DNA of 64,000 nt. It comes from the human T2T-CHM13v2.0 reference genome, Homo sapiens. The DNA is taken from the NCBI RefSeq assembly GCF_009914755.1, contig NC_060929.1; one strand, given 5' to 3'. A program made the translations under genes and the position numbers. Shown here in pieces: positions 60,988 through 64,000 of the stretch. Under the pieces are notes generated by a model. It was not told the origin of the DNA, ran no database searches, and worked only from the letters and a program-made list of their open reading frames with translations. Position 1 is the stretch's first letter; each line of letters starts with the position of its first letter.

Positions 60988-62144
60988 AGTCTAAACTGTT
61001 ACGTATACTGCCTCAATACTATGACATTTGTGTAAGTCCCAAAATACCCTTTATTCAAACATCTTCAAGAGTCTGTGTTTAATAGACAAATTCCTCAACT
61101 GATAATTCAAAGTTCTTCACAATATAGGCACAAACTTACTACCAAAGCACTAACAAGTTTTGTCTGTGTTCCAACTCTTACTTTCTGCCCTTACATTCCA
61201 AACCTACTACACCTTCCTCCCTCTACAACCTCGTTAATACTGTTCTCATTCTTATCCCTGCCTATGAAACTCTAACCTAGTCTTCATTTCATATGCTGTC
61301 TCATTTCTTCATCCCTTTTCTTATTCCCCTCCTTCACTTGCACCTCCCATCTACTACTGGATGAACTCCTCTTTCTTCCTTTTAACTTTCACAATAATTT
61401 GTTCCTTTCTTGCAGCTCTTATAGTATGGTTTTCTCTTTTACCTTTTTTGTACTGCACTCAGTCAGAAGCATGTTGAACACACCCTATTGTATGTCAGCG
61501 CTGTATGGCTAGGCTCTGGGGATAAATAAGGCATAGTTCTTACACTCAAACTGTAATATTTTATCCTGCCTATTGGATTATAAGAATTTACCAGGGAAGA
61601 CAAGTCCTATTTATCTTTTAATGTGCTCAGTAAATATTGGTGAATTTAGCAGCAAATTTAGTAACGTTGTAAATGATTCTCCAGATTATGCTTTAAACTT
61701 TTCTTTAAATCACCTTAATTTGGTGACTTGTTCTTTTTTTAGAAGAACTGTTGATCTGTTAATTCCCTGTAATTAGAAACCTGAAGAAAGAAAGCTATAG
61801 TAGGATGATTAACAATTTCTTATATTTTAGTGTGTTTGTAAAATAAAACTAATGAATGTTTTCCTGTCAAGTTAATTTGGAGTTTATCCTGAGTTTATTA
61901 AGGATTAGCATCCTGAAGTGTATTGAAACAAAATGATTATTTCATAATGTTTGAATTGCTTCCAAACTGCATGTTATTTATTCTAAACTCTCCCTCTGAT
62001 AGGATACCGAGACCTAGAGAAGTTAAGAAAACAAGCCCCAGATCAATCACATTGCTCCTGACAGCACCTAACCTTCTAGATTCCAAGTCCAATGGTTTTC
62101 CTGGTACTATGATGCTAGTAGATCTTAAAAAATAATAATCTAGA

Positions 62145-62423
62145 TCTACACTATCCAATATGGTAGCCACTGGCCACATGTGATTTTAGCTCTTGATATG
62201 TGTTTAATTCGAATTTAGATGTGCCGTAAGTGTAAAATGCACACTGAATTTCAAAGACTTAGTATGAAAAAAAAAGTATCTCAATTTTTATTACATGAAG
62301 TGATAACCTAGAAACACTGGACGAAGTAAAATATTATAAAAATTAATTTTACATATTTCCTTTTATTTAATGTGGCTACTAGAAACTTATGTATGGCTCA
62401 CATATTTCTACTGAACAGCACTG
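62145..62423. mobile_element. MER33-type hAT element
   Basis: ccaatatggtagccactggccacatgtg ... ctgaacagcactg. Confidence 0.75.
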
Positions 62424-62650
62424 ATATATTTGGCAATATACAGGGTATACATTATATATATATATATATTCTATGTAAATAGTTCATTAAATAATTCCTA
62501 TAGTAAATATGAGAAACAGGAAACTCATATCCAACTTGGAAAAGTTCAAATATAATACTTATTAAGAAATACAGTTCTATTCTTCAGGTACTCTTACCTA
62601 GAATGAATTAAGGATATGTAGAAACTCTTATGTTACTTATAAAATAATAA

Positions 62651-62953
62651 AGAGATACTGTAGGTCTCTACAGAGATACTATAGTGTCCCTATAGTACCT
62701 CTAGAGTATAGTATAGAGATACTATAGTATCTCTTTACTATATAGATATATGGAATAGACTATAGAGTATCTCTAGACTATATATTATTTATACTCTACT
62801 ATCTATATAGTATCTCTATATAGAGAGATAATATATATACTCCATATAGTATACTCTAGAGATGCTATAAGTTTCTGTAGTATCTTTATAGTAGAGATAA
62901 TAGGGAGGGATAATAGTATAGGGACGTACTATATACCTATAGTATCTCTATAA
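62651..62953. repeat. Palindrome-rich low-complexity repeat built from AGAGATACTATAG and CTATAGTATCTCT
   Basis: Motif occurs in both orientations; perfect 20-bp palindrome at 62715-62734. Confidence 0.85.
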
Positions 62954-64000
62954 GTACACAAGTTCCCCCATTAATCATCTGTTTTCAGTTGTTAACCAAA
63001 TAAGGTATTATGCAGGCTCATCTTTTTATATAAGAATACTCTACTCTTGTTTTTGAGATGAAAAGAAGTTCTCTTTCTCCTGCTATTGATAATTTCTGCA
63101 GCTGTCCCCTCAGCTTATATCTTTTTTGCATAGCTCTCTCTTCTTTACCTCACTTCTTATGGAAGGCTGGTGTTCTGAAATTGGGGAGTGGAAAAGAAGA
63201 AAAGACTGAATGCTCCCTATGACTTCATTTTCTCCCTGTTCCCACTACCATGTCCCCAAACATACTGACACACAAAGAAAATATAAATACCCCTGATTCT
63301 TTTAGCCTTAAACTTAGGGCCTCATCCTAAACATCTTAAGCTCAGCATCTATTCCAAAGGAACTCTTTAATGATAACGTTTCTTTGTAAAGAGACGAATA
63401 TCATCTGGGGTTTCCTCTGAAATGTAGATGAACCTCACTTCAGTTCTTTGTGTACTAAAAAGACCCACCCTTCTCACCCATGTGGCTTTTGTCTTTCCTT
63501 GTGTTATGTAATAAGTGATGGGGTAGAAGGATGGGGGGTGGAGGAAGCTACATCATGGAGAGAGGAGGTAGAAGACAGCTGTGGAAAATTTGGATGGTGG
63601 AAGACTAGAATCTACTACCATTTACATGCTAATGAAAACCAGAAATGGTCTTTTTTCCCCCGTTTGATCTGATTTGAAAGTTTGTGACTTTTGTCTAGTA
63701 TGTCATTTTACCCCCTGTGTTTTTCTCATTGTTGTTAGCTATAAAAACTCTTTGAAATTCTCAAAATAAAGGAAGGTTTCTTTCAGGAATAGGAGGGCTG
63801 AGGACAAGCTGTGAAACTGCATTCTTCATAGTGGGTCTATTGGGGTGGAAAACCCGCCTCTGAAGTAATAGAAGGTAGAAGCACGGAAGGAAACAGGTCT
63901 GGCCCTGGATCCAGGAAAATAAAGAAAGAAATAATTGGAGATGTAGCTTAGTACTTAGAATTATCCCAGAAGTGAACAACATCAGTAAGGTCTGGGCTTC

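Noticed and set aside
61923-62179. Antiparallel 70-aa and 80-aa ORFs
   Set aside because: Non-ATG or repeat-overlapping starts and no recognisable domain.

Overview
This is primate, almost certainly human, genomic DNA from inside NDUFS4 (mitochondrial complex I 18-kDa accessory subunit), with the gene on the + strand. It covers most of intron 2, coding exon 3 (38068-38240), intron 3, coding exon 4 (50385-50458) and the first ~13.5 kb of intron 4. Exon numbering is from recall of the gene model. Most of the rest is transposon-derived: a Tigger1, two near-full-length antisense L1PA elements, old L1M/L2/MIR fragments, about 17 Alu/FLAM copies, MaLR and ERV1 LTRs, and MER85, MER44, MER20, MER58 and MER33 DNA elements. 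Nearly all ORFs in the supplied track are repeat-derived or chance. No prokaryote-type system is present. The most interesting observation is that both antisense L1s keep an ORF0-type ATG and a splice donor in phase with the next NDUFS4 exon, predicting ORF0-NDUFS4 fusion proteins (untested inference). Other points: a ~300-bp retroposed mRNA 3' end nested in Tigger1, a MER85 upstream of exon 3, a cryptic acceptor before exon 4, and several palindrome or template-switch-like structures. Repeat subfamily calls are by eye and boundaries without a TSD are approximate.
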